NCBI GenBank assembly: GCA_039621445.1 | Contig: CP154954.1 | Coordinates: forward strand, 4,826,950 to 4,890,949 | DNA length: 64,000 nt | Source: Euglena gracilis | Lineage: Eukaryota | Reading direction: 5' to 3' | In this document: piece after piece, positions 38,451 through 50,330 of the stretch | Numbering within the stretch: position 1 is the first letter of the stretch | Layout of the letters: the number at the start of each line of letters is the position of its first letter | The notes under the pieces: model-generated | Told to the model about the DNA's origin: nothing | Seen by the model: the letters and a program-made list of their open reading frames with translations, nothing else | Databases searched by the model: none | Made by a program: the position numbers and the translations under genes

Positions 38451-39912
38451 CAGGCATTATTATTTTTTAAGGTGCCTTAAAAAACCTTAAAAAACCTTAA
38501 AAAACCTTAAAAATTTTTTTGTCAAAATGCCTTAAAAAACCTTAAAAAACCTTAAAAAACCTTAAAAAAATCACCCCGGGGAAGTTTTTTCTCCCCGTGA
38601 TGACCTTAAAAAACCTTAAAAATTCTCCCTGGGAATTTTTTTCTTGCACCAAACAAAATAATGGCATGTCTGAAACCCCGCATAAAGCCAGTCAATGCAG
38701 AAGCGGTTGTGAATAAACAATATGAAAACCGGATTGTTTGCCAAGGTTTCTGGCATAGTTCGGTTGGCCTCGGTTCACCAAAAGCTGTGGCACACGGCTA
38801 GAATAAGCAAAACTTGCAACCACATCTTTCTTGATTTGAATTACTTGAGACATTCTTAGAGGGGTCAACCCAAATTGCTCAAAAGTGCAATTGCAGCAAA
38901 AGTTGCATGAACAACAAAGAACTCCCAATTTGGGACAATTTACTACGCTGGAGCAGTTTCCCACACTTGCCATAGCATTTCAAGCAAAAAAATCACCAAA
39001 ATTTTAGGGATGAAAACTGTTAGTTTTTAGGAGGGGGTCAAAAAATGCAGGTCAAAAAAAATGGGACCAAATTTTGGAGCAGTTAATTTTTACTGACATT
39101 TTTTTCCTTGGAAATTTTTTGGATTTTCAGTGGCATTTTTTTGCTTCCAAAGTCTCTCAAAATTGAAATTTTGAGAAATGTTGATTTTGACAAAAAAAAC
39201 CTCAAAGATTTCAGGGTTAAATTTGGTAGTTTTAGGGGGGGGGAATAACGAAGGTCAAAAAAGGTGGAACAAGTTTTGGCACAGTCAAATTTTACTGACA
39301 ATTTTCCTCTGTCAAATTTGTTGGATTTTCAATGGCATTTCTTTTGCTTCAAAAACCTCTCAAATTCAAAATTTTGAGAAAATATTGATTTTTGGAAGGT
39401 GTGAAAGAATGGGGGTTTGAGGGAGTTTAATGGCCATTTTTTGAGGGAAAAGTTCTAAAGTTATTTTTTGTCATCAAAAAGTGACGTTTTTTAAGTTGTT
39501 CCAGACTTTTTTTGTTGCGTTTTTTGAAAAAAACACATATTTTTAAAAAACTTGTTTTCTTTTTTAAAAAATTATTTATAAAAAATTGTTTTTAAAAAAA
39601 AATTAAAAAAACATGCTTTTTTAAAAAAACATTTTTTTACTTCAAAAAAAAACAAGCAGTCAACCTTGGTCACCTATGGTCAAGCCCCAAAATTTCCCCA
39701 TTTGAGGCCATTTTAGGATATTTAAGGCCAACAGGCAAGCAAATCTCCTGAATAGGGTCAGAAATTTAAAGCAATTGCAATGAAAAAAAATGCCTTAAAA
39801 AACCTTAAAAAAATTTAAAATTCCTCAAAATGCCTTAAAAAACCTTAAAAAACCTTAAAAAATGCCTTAAAATTTTTTGAGAAATCTCGCCTTAAAAAAA
39901 AAATAATGCCTG
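38451..39912. mobile_element. 1.46-kb non-autonomous hAT-like element
   Basis: TIR CAGGCATTATTATTTTTTAAGG / CCTTAAAAAAAAAATAATGCCTG; perfect TSD TCTTTTAC (38443-38450, 39913-39920); subterminal (CCTTAAAAAA)n arrays at both ends. Confidence 0.9.
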
Positions 39913-41692
39913 TCTTTTACAAATGACCGTGGGAATGCTGAATCGTTGCTGGGTAGCATTCGGTGCCCTCTAGGGAAGTCAAACCGAGCGATACCAGAAA
40001 GAAAACACTGCAATTGAGAGCACAATAATCGATACCAATGGGGGTGGGCAGAAGGGTGCGCAAGAAGGCACGAGTCCCCTCCTGTAAAAAAAAAAGTGCT
40101 ATGGACGTTTTCTCGCACAACCCCCCCCCCAGAGTCGACCTACTCACCAACCCAAAAACCAGCCAAAAACCCTTGAAATTTTTTCAAGAGTTTGGCCTTT
40201 GGTCAGGCAAAACTCATCCCACCCCCCAGGTGGGTGGGATGGTGCGGGAACGATTTCAGGCAAATGACAACGAACCAAACACGATGCCATACACTTTAAC
40301 TGCATCAAAAAATCTTTGGCTCCTGGGCGCATTTGGGTGTTTGTGCCCACTTTCACAAACAAAGCATTCGTGCAAATGTGCAAATGGTCTGCCTGCGCAC
40401 TTGCTCAAATGGTATGTTAATGCAATTGTCTGCACAAATGCGCACAGGAATGATGTGAAAACGTTTGATTCAGGTGGTGGATTTGCCGCACTTATGCAAA
40501 TAATTCAATGTGTTAAATTCTGTGAAATGAAATGTGACAAAAGCACCCTCCTCACCGAATTTGCACCTGCCGTTGAGCCCGTGAAAAACCAATTTCTTTC
40601 ACCCCTGAACTGGCAACTCAAGGCCTAATCCTTGAGGTGAAAAAAGGAGGGGAAAAATGACCTTGAACCCTGGTCGTTTGCCATACCTTCCTTGACCAAT
40701 TAAAATATACCGTGGACACAACTCGACTTTGTGGACGCTGTGCTACCACTCTACTCTTCCCTCAGAAATACACACTGTTTCAGGCTTCAAAATTTAAAAA
40801 TTAATTCAAAATCGCTTTTGGATCAATGTCGCAAAAGATTCATTTGAATGGTTCACATAACCCCCCCCTTATAGAAGCACGGGGCCGCTACAAGCGCAGG
40901 GTCCAAATAAAAGCGCAACCCCACCCCCCCCTCCCCCCCCCCTCGGGGCCACCTCGGGAACCGGCGGATTATCACCATGATCCCGGCCCCGTTCCCTAAA
41001 AAAATTTTTCAGTCGCAAGCGACTGGATTTCTAGTTTCCAAATCACCTGGGTTTGACCCCCAACTCCCCGCCAGGCCCGAGTTATTCACGCGCGAAGGGG
41101 TCTAAGCTGGGTAGGATCGGCCCGCCACCCTTTTTAACCCCCCCCCCTTTGGGCTCTGCCATTTTGGCCAAAAAAAATCAATTTTCAAAATATCTCCAAA
41201 ATAAAGCAAAATCAAAGGAAATGTCCGGAGACCTAATTTGAAGCCCTTGGAACGCCCCATCTACTGGTATTTTGATTTCCCTGCAACTCCCCGCCCAGCC
41301 CGAGATATGCCCGTTTTCGGCCAACGGGGCCATTTTGTACACTTTTCCCACTGTCCGACTGAGCCGTTTTCGGCCAAAATTCGGCCAAAAAATCAATATT
41401 TTAAAATATCAAAATTTCTCAAAAATGAAGCAAAATCAAGGAAATGTCCGGAGACCTAATTTGAAGCCCTTGGAACACTCCATCTACCGGTATTTTGATT
41501 TCCCCGCAACTGTTCGCGTAGCCCGAGATACGGCCGTTTTTCGGCCGATTTTGGCCATTTCGTACACTTTTTCCACTGGTGGACTTAGCCATTTGGCCGT
41601 TTTCGACCAAAAAAGTCGAAAAAAATCGAGAAAAAATTGCCCAAAACCATGCTGTTTGGCCTCCTGGACCCGGAAAAAGTGTTTTCGAGCCG

Positions 41693-41880
41693 ATGATGGC
41701 CATCATGACCCATGATGGCCATCATGACCCATGATGGCCATCGTGACCCATGATGGCCATCGCGACCCATGATGGCCATCATGACCCATCATGGCCATCA
41801 TGACCCTTGATGCGCATCATGACCCATGATGGGCGTGATGACCCCTGATGGCCATCATGACCTGTGACTGACGTCATGAT
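41693..41880. repeat. Minisatellite (CATGATGGCCATCATGACC-like) inside a larger repeat with duplicated ~240-bp blocks (41170-42180)
   Basis: Visible tandem units of about 19 bp; GAAATGTCC..AGACCTAATTT blocks recur at ~41218, ~41441 and ~41957. Confidence 0.85.
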
Positions 41881-42226
41881 AGGGGGTGCGCTTATTCTGA
41901 AAAAGTCGAAAAATTCAATATTTTTAAAAGATATCCAAAATGAAGCAAAATCAAAAGAAATGTCCACAGACCTAATTTAAATTCCTTGGAAGGCCCCATC
42001 TACCGTATTTTGATTCCCCGCAACTCGCAACTCCCCGCCTGGCCAGAGTGCACTTTTTCCATTGGTTCAGACTTCTGACTTAGCGGTTTTCGGGCAAAAA
42101 CGTCGAGAAAAAAATCAAAAAAAAAAATTGCCCAAAACCATGTTTTTGGGCCTCCCGGACCCGAAAAAAGTGTTTTCGAGCCGAAAGCGACCGTTTTTCG
42201 ACCCCCCCCCCGTTTTGGAACCTGAA

Positions 42227-42614
42227 CAGGGTTTGATATAAGGACAGGTAGGGGGGTGGTCCGGACCCCCCCCCTGCGGGCCAGGAGGGGGGGGGACACC
42301 CCCCCCCCCACCTAAACAGTGGCGCGGTCAGGGTGACCGAAAATTTTTGACCCCCAAAACGACCAAAAGTGCCATTTTGGGCACTTTTTGGGCAAAAAAA
42401 TTGCAAAAAATGCAAAGAAATTTCGGCGCAAAGCGCCGGAGGAAAAATTGACCCTTTTTGGGGGGGTCCCGGGTACCCCCCCAGGGTCGGTCCGGACCCC
42501 CCTGGCAGGTGGGGGGGGTCCGGACCCCCCCCCTGCGGGCCAGGAGGAGGGGGGGGGGGGGTGGGGGACACCCCCCCACCTAAACCATGTACGCCCTCCT
42601 TATATCAAACCCTA
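42227..42614. mobile_element. hAT-like MITE (CAGGGTTTGATATAAGG family)
   Basis: TIR CAGGGTTTGATATAAGGA / TCCTTATATCAAACCCTA; TSD AACCTGAA/GACCTGAA (7/8). Confidence 0.85.
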
Positions 42615-45600
42615 GACCTGAACCAATGCAATTTGGGTCATTTTCAGGTCAAAAAAAGTCAGGAAAAAAACGGAAAAAATTTTCTGCCCAAAACCATGTT
42701 TTTTGGCCTTTCGGAGCCAAAATGCGCGTTTGCGCGCATAGTAAGAGCTCAGCACTATTCAAAACCTGGTCCATGTTGGCCTCAACGGGCCGGGGGCCAA
42801 CTTTGGAGGGGGGGGCATGTTGGGCCCAACAGCCGGAGGGGGGGGGGGCGAGCTGTGGGGCGGGGGGGGGGGAACATAACGTTGATGTGGCCAACTTGCC
42901 ACAGAACTCAACTCCACAGGCGGGTCCTCCTGTACTCTTCATCCCCAACATCACCACAATTTGCAGAGTTCCCTCACAGTCTGCTTCAACTTATATTTTG
43001 TTGTGTTGCAAAATCTATTCCTTCTGTGACTAACGTCAAAAACCTTCCCAGGGCTGTTGCAGGGCTTCAAAAAGCAGTCTAGCCCCCCCCCCCCACCCAC
43101 CGACCAGGTTCCAACAACCCCATCCAGGGAGGGGGGTCATTCGCACCTCCTGACCTGCAACCCCCGACCAGGGGTTGCATGAACAGGTACAAATCCCCTG
43201 TATGCATAAAAAATTCGGTCACCCTGCACCCCGTTACCTGCAACAACCCAACCAGGGTATTGGAGTGGTCGGTGGTCAAAGAGAGGGGGGGGGCATCACG
43301 GACCTCAATTCACTGTCGTTCCCATTATCCCCCCGAGCCACAGTTGGTATTTCAAAGACTGCTTCGGCTGCCGGTCTCGCACTTGAGCTTTTTCGTGCTC
43401 CTGTGCACAATTGCGCGCATTTTCAAAATTTTATTTCTCGGCATCTGGGTCCAGGTTTTTGAACTGCTGGTTACATCCCAGTATTTGGTATGTGAATTTT
43501 CATCATTTTCAAGGGCCAAAAGGACAAGATTTGGTGTTTTTGGCCTCCGAAACATGACGCCATGTTACAAATCTCCCCAGGATGACCCCCCAGGAAATAA
43601 GAAATATATATTTCCTGAGTGGCAACTGCCAGCGCCAGGTGGTGTTCAGGAAATAAGATAACAGGTCCACCCCAGGAAATAAGATAACAGGTCCACCCCT
43701 TTGCCAGGAAAATGAAAAACTGCTCAATTTGAACCCCACGTGCATAAAGTTCTGTGCACTCCAGCTTATTACTGCTCTCCGTGGGTCAGCCGCATTCAAA
43801 AATGGTATTGCCATCGGTCTTGACACCCTCCATTGACTTACTGTTGCGAGCCACTGCAACGAGGGGGGGGGGTCACAAAGCACAAGCACACAGGGTGGGG
43901 TCCCCAGGCGGCCGCACGAGGTCTGTCCCACATCATTGCTCACCAACCCCAGGGGAGGATGGATAGCCAGTCTTTCAACTTTTTTGAAAACCAGTCACCC
44001 AGAACACTCAGGGGGGGGGCACTTTTTCCCAGGCCCAAACCCACCCACCCACTTTTTTCGGGCGGGGGGGGGGGTTGGTGCTTCTGGGGCCGGACCCCCC
44101 CCCTCCAGGGGGTTGGATTTCGGCGCGAATCGCCCAAAATTCTTTGGAGAAATGGTCTTAGACGGTCCGATTTCGGGGGGGGGGGGGGGTCTGCAGATAA
44201 CACCACATTTAATCTGCACTGATCCGAATGCAGTGACATTCTGAAACCCACCCACCCACCCAGAGGGTGTGTGGACAACCCCCCCACCCACCCACCCAAA
44301 ACCCAGCCAAAATCGGCCAAAAACACTGAAAAAATATTTTCCAGCCCAGCCTTCGGCCGGACAAAAACCTGACCCATGGCGCACCGGACCCCCCCCAGGG
44401 ATCCAGACCATGGGTTTCTTAAGGGCCCCCGGTGGGGTCCTGTGGGTCGGCTGGAAAAAAAAGTTGCTGTCGGGAAAAATGCTGCCTGCCCCTCCCCCCC
44501 CCCCCCGCAGGGGTGGGGTTCCGATCCGCCGGCAGCAGGACCCAGCAGGTGCCCGAAAAATGGCACAAAAAAATCCAAATACAAACCAAATTTACCTGGG
44601 GTGGATTTTTTAGCCAAATTTTTAAGGGCCCCAAAACTCAAAAAGTGCCATTTTGGGCGGCATTCTTGACCCTTTTCAACAATTTTTCGGCGCTTTGCGC
44701 CGGAAATGGTTTTGGTCCAACCTCCCTTTGCCCAACTTCATTTCAGCAGGGCCGGGGGGGGGGAGCTGGGCTGGCTGAAACAGCGGCTGGCTGGACCCCC
44801 CTCTCCGAAGGAAGGGTCCTCGCAGCTGTCGGCAACTCTGGCCACTTGGGCAAAAATTTTTAGAAAACTGCCAGTGCATTGTGATGAGACTCTTTTTTCA
44901 GTCCAATTGTGGGTCGGTCAGTAAGCAATGGGATGGCCCGGCCTCCTGCATCGAGCGCCTCTGTGGCTGGGATGAGGGGGGTCAGGGGAGGACCTTCAGG
45001 CCCTCGGGGTCGTCCTCGTCGGAGAAGCCTGGCTTGAACGACGGAACCAAGCCCCTCTGCCGCCAGTCCTGTCCTGTTCTCGGACAAACCTCTGCTACCA
45101 GCGGGTCTCCAGCAGTGAAAAAAGGCAGGAAATGCGCCAGCCCCCTCCAAAATGCACAAAAAAAACCACAAAAAATGTTCAAAGTTTGAGAGAAAAAATC
45201 GTCAAAACCACGAAGGTGCAGAAACGGCACCAAATTTGCAAGATTTCGATGGAAATATGAGGGAATCTGTCAGCTTCAAAAAAATGAAATTTTCAAGGTG
45301 CAAAAAAGAATTGCAAAAATGGTCGAAAATGCGAAACATTGGGTAAATCACAAAAAAAAACTGCAAAGAGCAAAAAAATAAATGTGCTAAAAAAAATCAA
45401 AAAATGCGCAAAAAGCGAAAAGTGAGCAAAAAAATGCGTATTTGTGGAAAAATTGGGGGGAAGATGCGCAAAAAGGCGAAGCATATTCCCCCTCCCGGCC
45501 AGCAGTGAGCCATTACAATGGACAGACTCGACTGGCAGGGGAAAACGCACCTGCAAACGCAAATGCATTGCAACAGTTTGATTTCTGGAGTAATTTGGTG

Positions 45601-46569
45601 GGATTGGGGACAGGCTGCACTGCTTCCAAAATACATCTGTCCCGACACTGCCACGACGTTTTTTGTCACACTATGTTACCACCATATGCTAAGGGCTTAT
45701 TGCAAATGAACAAACACGGACTGTTTGACGGACCCTCAAACACTCCGTGTTTGTTCATTTGCAAAATTCCGATGGAAATTCAAATTTCCGATGGAAATTC
45801 AAGTTTCCGAGGTCAAAATTCCGATGGAAAAGCGAAAAAAAAAATATTACGACAGAAATGATTCCGAGTGAACGCAAGTTCCAAGTTTATCGCACGACGT
45901 GGCTGAAAAGCACCTCAAAATACCCTTAGAAGGAAGGGAACATTCCTCCGCCAAAGTGCCCACCTCAGCTTGTGGAATAAACAACATTTATCCGCTGTTT
46001 TGTTTTAAAATGCTCTCATTTGTGTTTTCTTCCCGCCAGCGCAGGGCAGGAAGACTTGTGCACCACCCGATGAAGCGCGATGCGCCAGCCAAGCCACTGC
46101 CTCAACACCGTATTTGTACAAACAGAGTGGTTGGTCACAACAACGGAGGTCAAAAGCAGGGGCACATCCAACCATACAATCTTTTACCGACCCCCGGGGG
46201 GGGCACTCAACTTTTCGAAAACCCAGTCAGTCAATTTTTTTGGGGAAACCAGTCAGTCGCCACCCCTCCCGGGGGGGGGGGGGTCGGTCACTCTGGAATA
46301 GGAAATTTGACCAGAAACACGAAAGGCCAAAAAAATTTTCCGGCGCCTTCGGCGTCGGGTCACTTTAATGGTTTTTTGTCGCCCGGGGGGAGGGGGTCCG
46401 GGCCAAAAACCAGTCAGTCACCCCGTAAAAAAAAAAGGCACACCCCCGGGGGGGGGGGGGGAGGGAAGGGGTCGGCCAGTGCTTAAGCAATTGTCTGCAT
46501 CCAACCCGCGTGCAGCTGCCAATCACACGCCTGGGGTTCAGGTGGGAGTTGTCCGCCCCATGTCCAGAT

Positions 46570-49500
46570 CACTTCTCATCCCCACCCGTCCCATAGTTCA
46601 ATGGCTTTTCCCGCCAATTTGCCGTGCAATCTTGCTGCAAAACTGTCACCTGGCTGTGAACCCTGCTTGCATCAAACCCTGGGACTCAGTACAGTCCGGG
46701 GGGGGGGGGCGGAATTTAAGAAAAGAAAGAGCACAAATAAAACTGGGAAACTACAGCGCAGGGAAAATGAAAAGGTGCGGTGGGGGGTCGAACTCGCTCA
46801 GACATCTCTGGGCCATATCCCAGGTAATTCTTTATGTACACTTTCCATGAACAAACAAAAAAAAACAGGCAAGGGGGAAGATGGGGGGGGGGGGGGGGGC
46901 CGTGCCTGGGGCAGGTCAGCACCGTGCTGAGTAAAGCGTACCAGACGGAAAAGGTCAACACGCAGGCTCCGGCGGTGTCAAACACAACAAATCCACATAT
47001 GCCGTGCCAAAAAAAGCCCCATCGCAACGGGTGACACGAGTTTCTGGCACATTGCCGGCCTTCAAAAAAAGTTAGCATCCCGGAACTGTCACTTGACTGG
47101 TCGGCCAGCAATGGGGACCGTGACAACTTCCTGTTGTGACTGAGGGGCCAGTGCCAGAGACCCTGACAAACCCCCAGAGAGGCCATTGCAGGGAAAACGA
47201 ATGACCTTTGACCTTGACACGTCCGCCAGCCCCAGGTCCGTGACACCTTTCCACGACGACAGGTTTGGCGGTACCAGCAACCTCGACAGCGTGATGTTGC
47301 CAAGCAGGGTATTTTCAACACCCACACCCCCGGGGGAGGAGGGTCGGGTCCCCTCCCCCACCTGGAACGGGGAACCTCCCTCTGCCAACTCCCCCAATTT
47401 GGGCCATGTCGGGGCATTTCCCAACAATTTTCCGCACTTTTCGCCGAAACCCATACCCAGGCCTCTGGCCCGGGATCCCCCCCCAGGGGTCTGGGCCGGA
47501 CCTCCCCCACCCCTCTCCCGTGGTGGGGGCGGGTGTTCCGAGTTAAAAAGAAACGCTGACAACTTCTCAGCTGTGGTCCTTTGGGGGGGGGCATGAACAT
47601 TCGTACAGCACTGCGTGGGAAAGGCACGGGAGCCTGGCCTCGAAGAACCAGCCCCAGGTGTAGCCGCCGAGGGGGAAGAGGGTGGAGCCGTGCTGGCACG
47701 GCTCCTCCGCGTAGCCCACCCACACCAGCAGCGCCGCCAGCCGGCAGACGAACGAAGCAAAGGTGGCCACCGAGGCGCAGGAGGCCGGGGGCGGGTACTG
47801 ATAGGGGGGTGATGGGGGGAGGGGGTCGAAAGTCTGCGATGGCCCCGACAGCAAGCCGGGGGCTTTTTTCTGGGGGGAAAATGGACAGGGGAAAAAATAT
47901 TAAAAAAGCAAACAAACAATTATTTTTTTTTGTAAATTTATGTATTGGTTGTAAGAAAGGAATTCAAATCGAAGACAAAGTTGAGGACTCAGGCAGGCCC
48001 TCCAAAAATAGGAAGCAAAGAAAAGGTACAGCATGCAGGTCTGGTCTCTTTTTGAACCTTCCGAGTTTTCCAAAATTCTAAACCTTCCGAAATTTTCAAA
48101 AAAAAATCACATTGGCAGTCGTCCTAAAATTACCGGTGTCTTCCGCCACACCGTCAGGGGGCCTGGCGGTACCCGGGCAGCACGACAGGCCGGGCCCACA
48201 GCTGGTAGAGCACCAGCAGAAGCAGTGCCACGGAGGGCAGCCCCGAAACGCAGCCCGCCACAGCGAGCCCCCGGCTGGCGGTGAACAGCGCGTGGCACGT
48301 CGGGTTGCCGCCGGAGACCGCCGCCCCTGTCACAGCCCCGCCGGGGGAGGGAGTCGCGATCGGGCAATTCTTCTGGACATCACTTCCACTCTTCCAAAAA
48401 CCAGTCACTCGGCTTTTCCAGAAAATAAGTCAGTCGCTACCCCCTGTGTGCACTACGGCTGTTTTTTCGGTGCCTTTTATCCCTTCTTCTGGCCTGGCGC
48501 TGTTGTTCGCCTCTGGCCTTTTTGTCTGTGTTTGTGGAGGCGGCCGGAGTCGAAGAAACAGCGAAACCCATAAAAAACGGATGGATGGAAAGAACAAAGA
48601 AACGAGTCTCCGGGAAACAGAGTTTGCGCAAGACAACTAAAAAATCGAAGAAAAAAAAGCTGACGAAAGTTCAAGGGTTCCCATAAACGGAAACAAACAA
48701 TAAAAAAATTGGGCAGACAATGCGGGCTAAACTAAGCAGCTCAGTTTTGGGTCCAAATTTGTTTGGTGCTTCGTGCCAAAACTTGGCCTGACCCCTGACC
48801 CCTGTGGAGGGGGCGGATCCGCCCACCCGCTTGGATGACCAGCCTTAAAAAAATCTCTGGATGCAAAAGGAATGACAATGACAATGAAAAGGAAAACAAT
48901 AATAATTAAGTACAGTGTAAATGAAACTTACACTGGAAATAAAAGCAGGGGATTCTGACCCATGACCGACGATTTCAAAGACAGTTTGAGTTCGTTGTCA
49001 GCCATCAAACAAACAACTAACCCGCAACGAAAACCAACTCTACAGCTTTGTTTGACTTACAAACACAATTCTGAGATGAGGTGCCTCCGGCACAGCGGTC
49101 GGTGTCAAACGATCAATGTGTGCAAGTGGGGCCCTGGCCGCGACGTCATGGGACTCGCAGTACGTCGGCCCATTGGCGTGCTCGATGCACTTCTCCCGCA
49201 CGCACCGCCGCTCGGGCTCCTGACCAGGGTGTCGAGTGAGCGTTGGTTTTTTGCACGGGTGGTCCGACCCCCCGCCCCGCTCACTCTATGCCTGGCTCAT
49301 GGCCGCCGTGTGTCGACTTCGGGGCCTCGGTCAACTTCTCTTGCAAACGCAATTGTCCCCCCACTGCAAGCGATTTTTTTCCGTCTCACATTGATTTTCG
49401 AACTGTTGGGAACATTCTGGTTTCAGAAAATGGGTATTTGTTTATTTTGTTTTATTGGTGAAAAAAAAACAATTTATTCGTGAAAAATACAAAAGAAGCA

Positions 49501-50330
49501 AAAAAAGTGAAATTTCGGGTGACATATTTTTGGATTCATTCCCAGCAGAGCGAAATCAGTTGCCGGGGACCCAAAAAACCCGTCTGTTCCTGCCCAATAT
49601 CCAACATGCCGTGACTTTTTTGAAAGTCTCGATTGCCCCCCCCCAAATGGTGGTGCCTCCACGTGAGTCCACATGAGAGGCCCATTGAACCCCGAGGGCA
49701 GCGCTGGGCAGAGGTACACGTACGTCCGCTCAAAGACCGCGGTGTCCTTCCACGACCAGGGGACCTCCAGCAGGACAGTATGGGAAGGCCTGGTAGGGGG
49801 GGTCGACCCCCCCCCACCCAGCACAGCATTCTAGAAAATTTGAAAATCTTTGTACAAAAACAAAACGTGAATCATGTTTGTCACAACCTTTGCAGCGACA
49901 TACGCGATTTACGTGTTCTTCACCACATTCGCGATTGAGATTGTTGTGTGCAATACTGCATTTGAATCGCGAATTGTGACATTGTTGTAGACAGTTGTTG
50001 ATTCACAAAAATCTTGATTTTTATTGCCAAAACAGAAATGTTTTTGAAAACCTAAATGCCTTTGCACAGGTATCTTTTTTTAAACAAATCCACCCGGCGC
50101 CGAAGGCACCGGGAAAGATTTTTGGGGTCGAAAATTGGTGCTCCCGGAAATACGGGAGGTGGTGGGGGGTCGTGTGGTCGACCCCTCCCCCACCACCACC
50201 CTGGCTGGTTGCCCGATTCCCGGACTGCCCTAGCCACCAGGGTGGCGCCCGCCAGGCCCAGGCCGAGGACGGCGATGGCAGTCGCCAGGATGTAGAGGTT
50301 CCGGGCGGGGTGGGTCATGAACCGACCCAT
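46570..50330 (-). CDS. Four-transmembrane claudin-fold / amastin-like membrane protein
   Basis: Exons 50330-50236 (MGRFMTHPARNLYILATAIAVLGLGLAGATLV, TM1), 49765-49700 (VPWSWKDTAVFERTYVYLC), ~49205-49140 (CVREKCIEHANGPTYCESH), ~48367-48163 (C..HALFTASRGLAVAGCVSGLPSVALLLLVL, TM2), 47797-~47640 (SVATFASFVCRLAALLVWVGY..C..GYTWGWFFE, TM3), ~46975-46915 (AGACVLTFSVWYALLSTVLT, TM4), possible last exon ~46570-46605. A Cys-rich first loop and a 'Y.WGWF' motif before TM4 fit the PMP22/claudin/amastin clan. The last two junctions are unresolved. Confidence 0.6.
49766..50235 (-). other. Nonconventional intron coinciding with a dispersed MITE family member (claudin/amastin-like gene)
   Basis: GGC TAGGGCAGT...ACTGTCCTG CTGGA. 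Flanking octamers CTGGTGGC/CTGGAGGT match 6/8. Joins GT|G GTC CCC TGG in frame. The body resembles 27313-27894. Confidence 0.75.

Noticed and set aside
46716-47915. Longest ORF in the track (399 aa)
   Set aside because: Runs through repeat/intron sequence; the hydrophobic TM3 coding segment is in a different frame, so it is not a single CDS.
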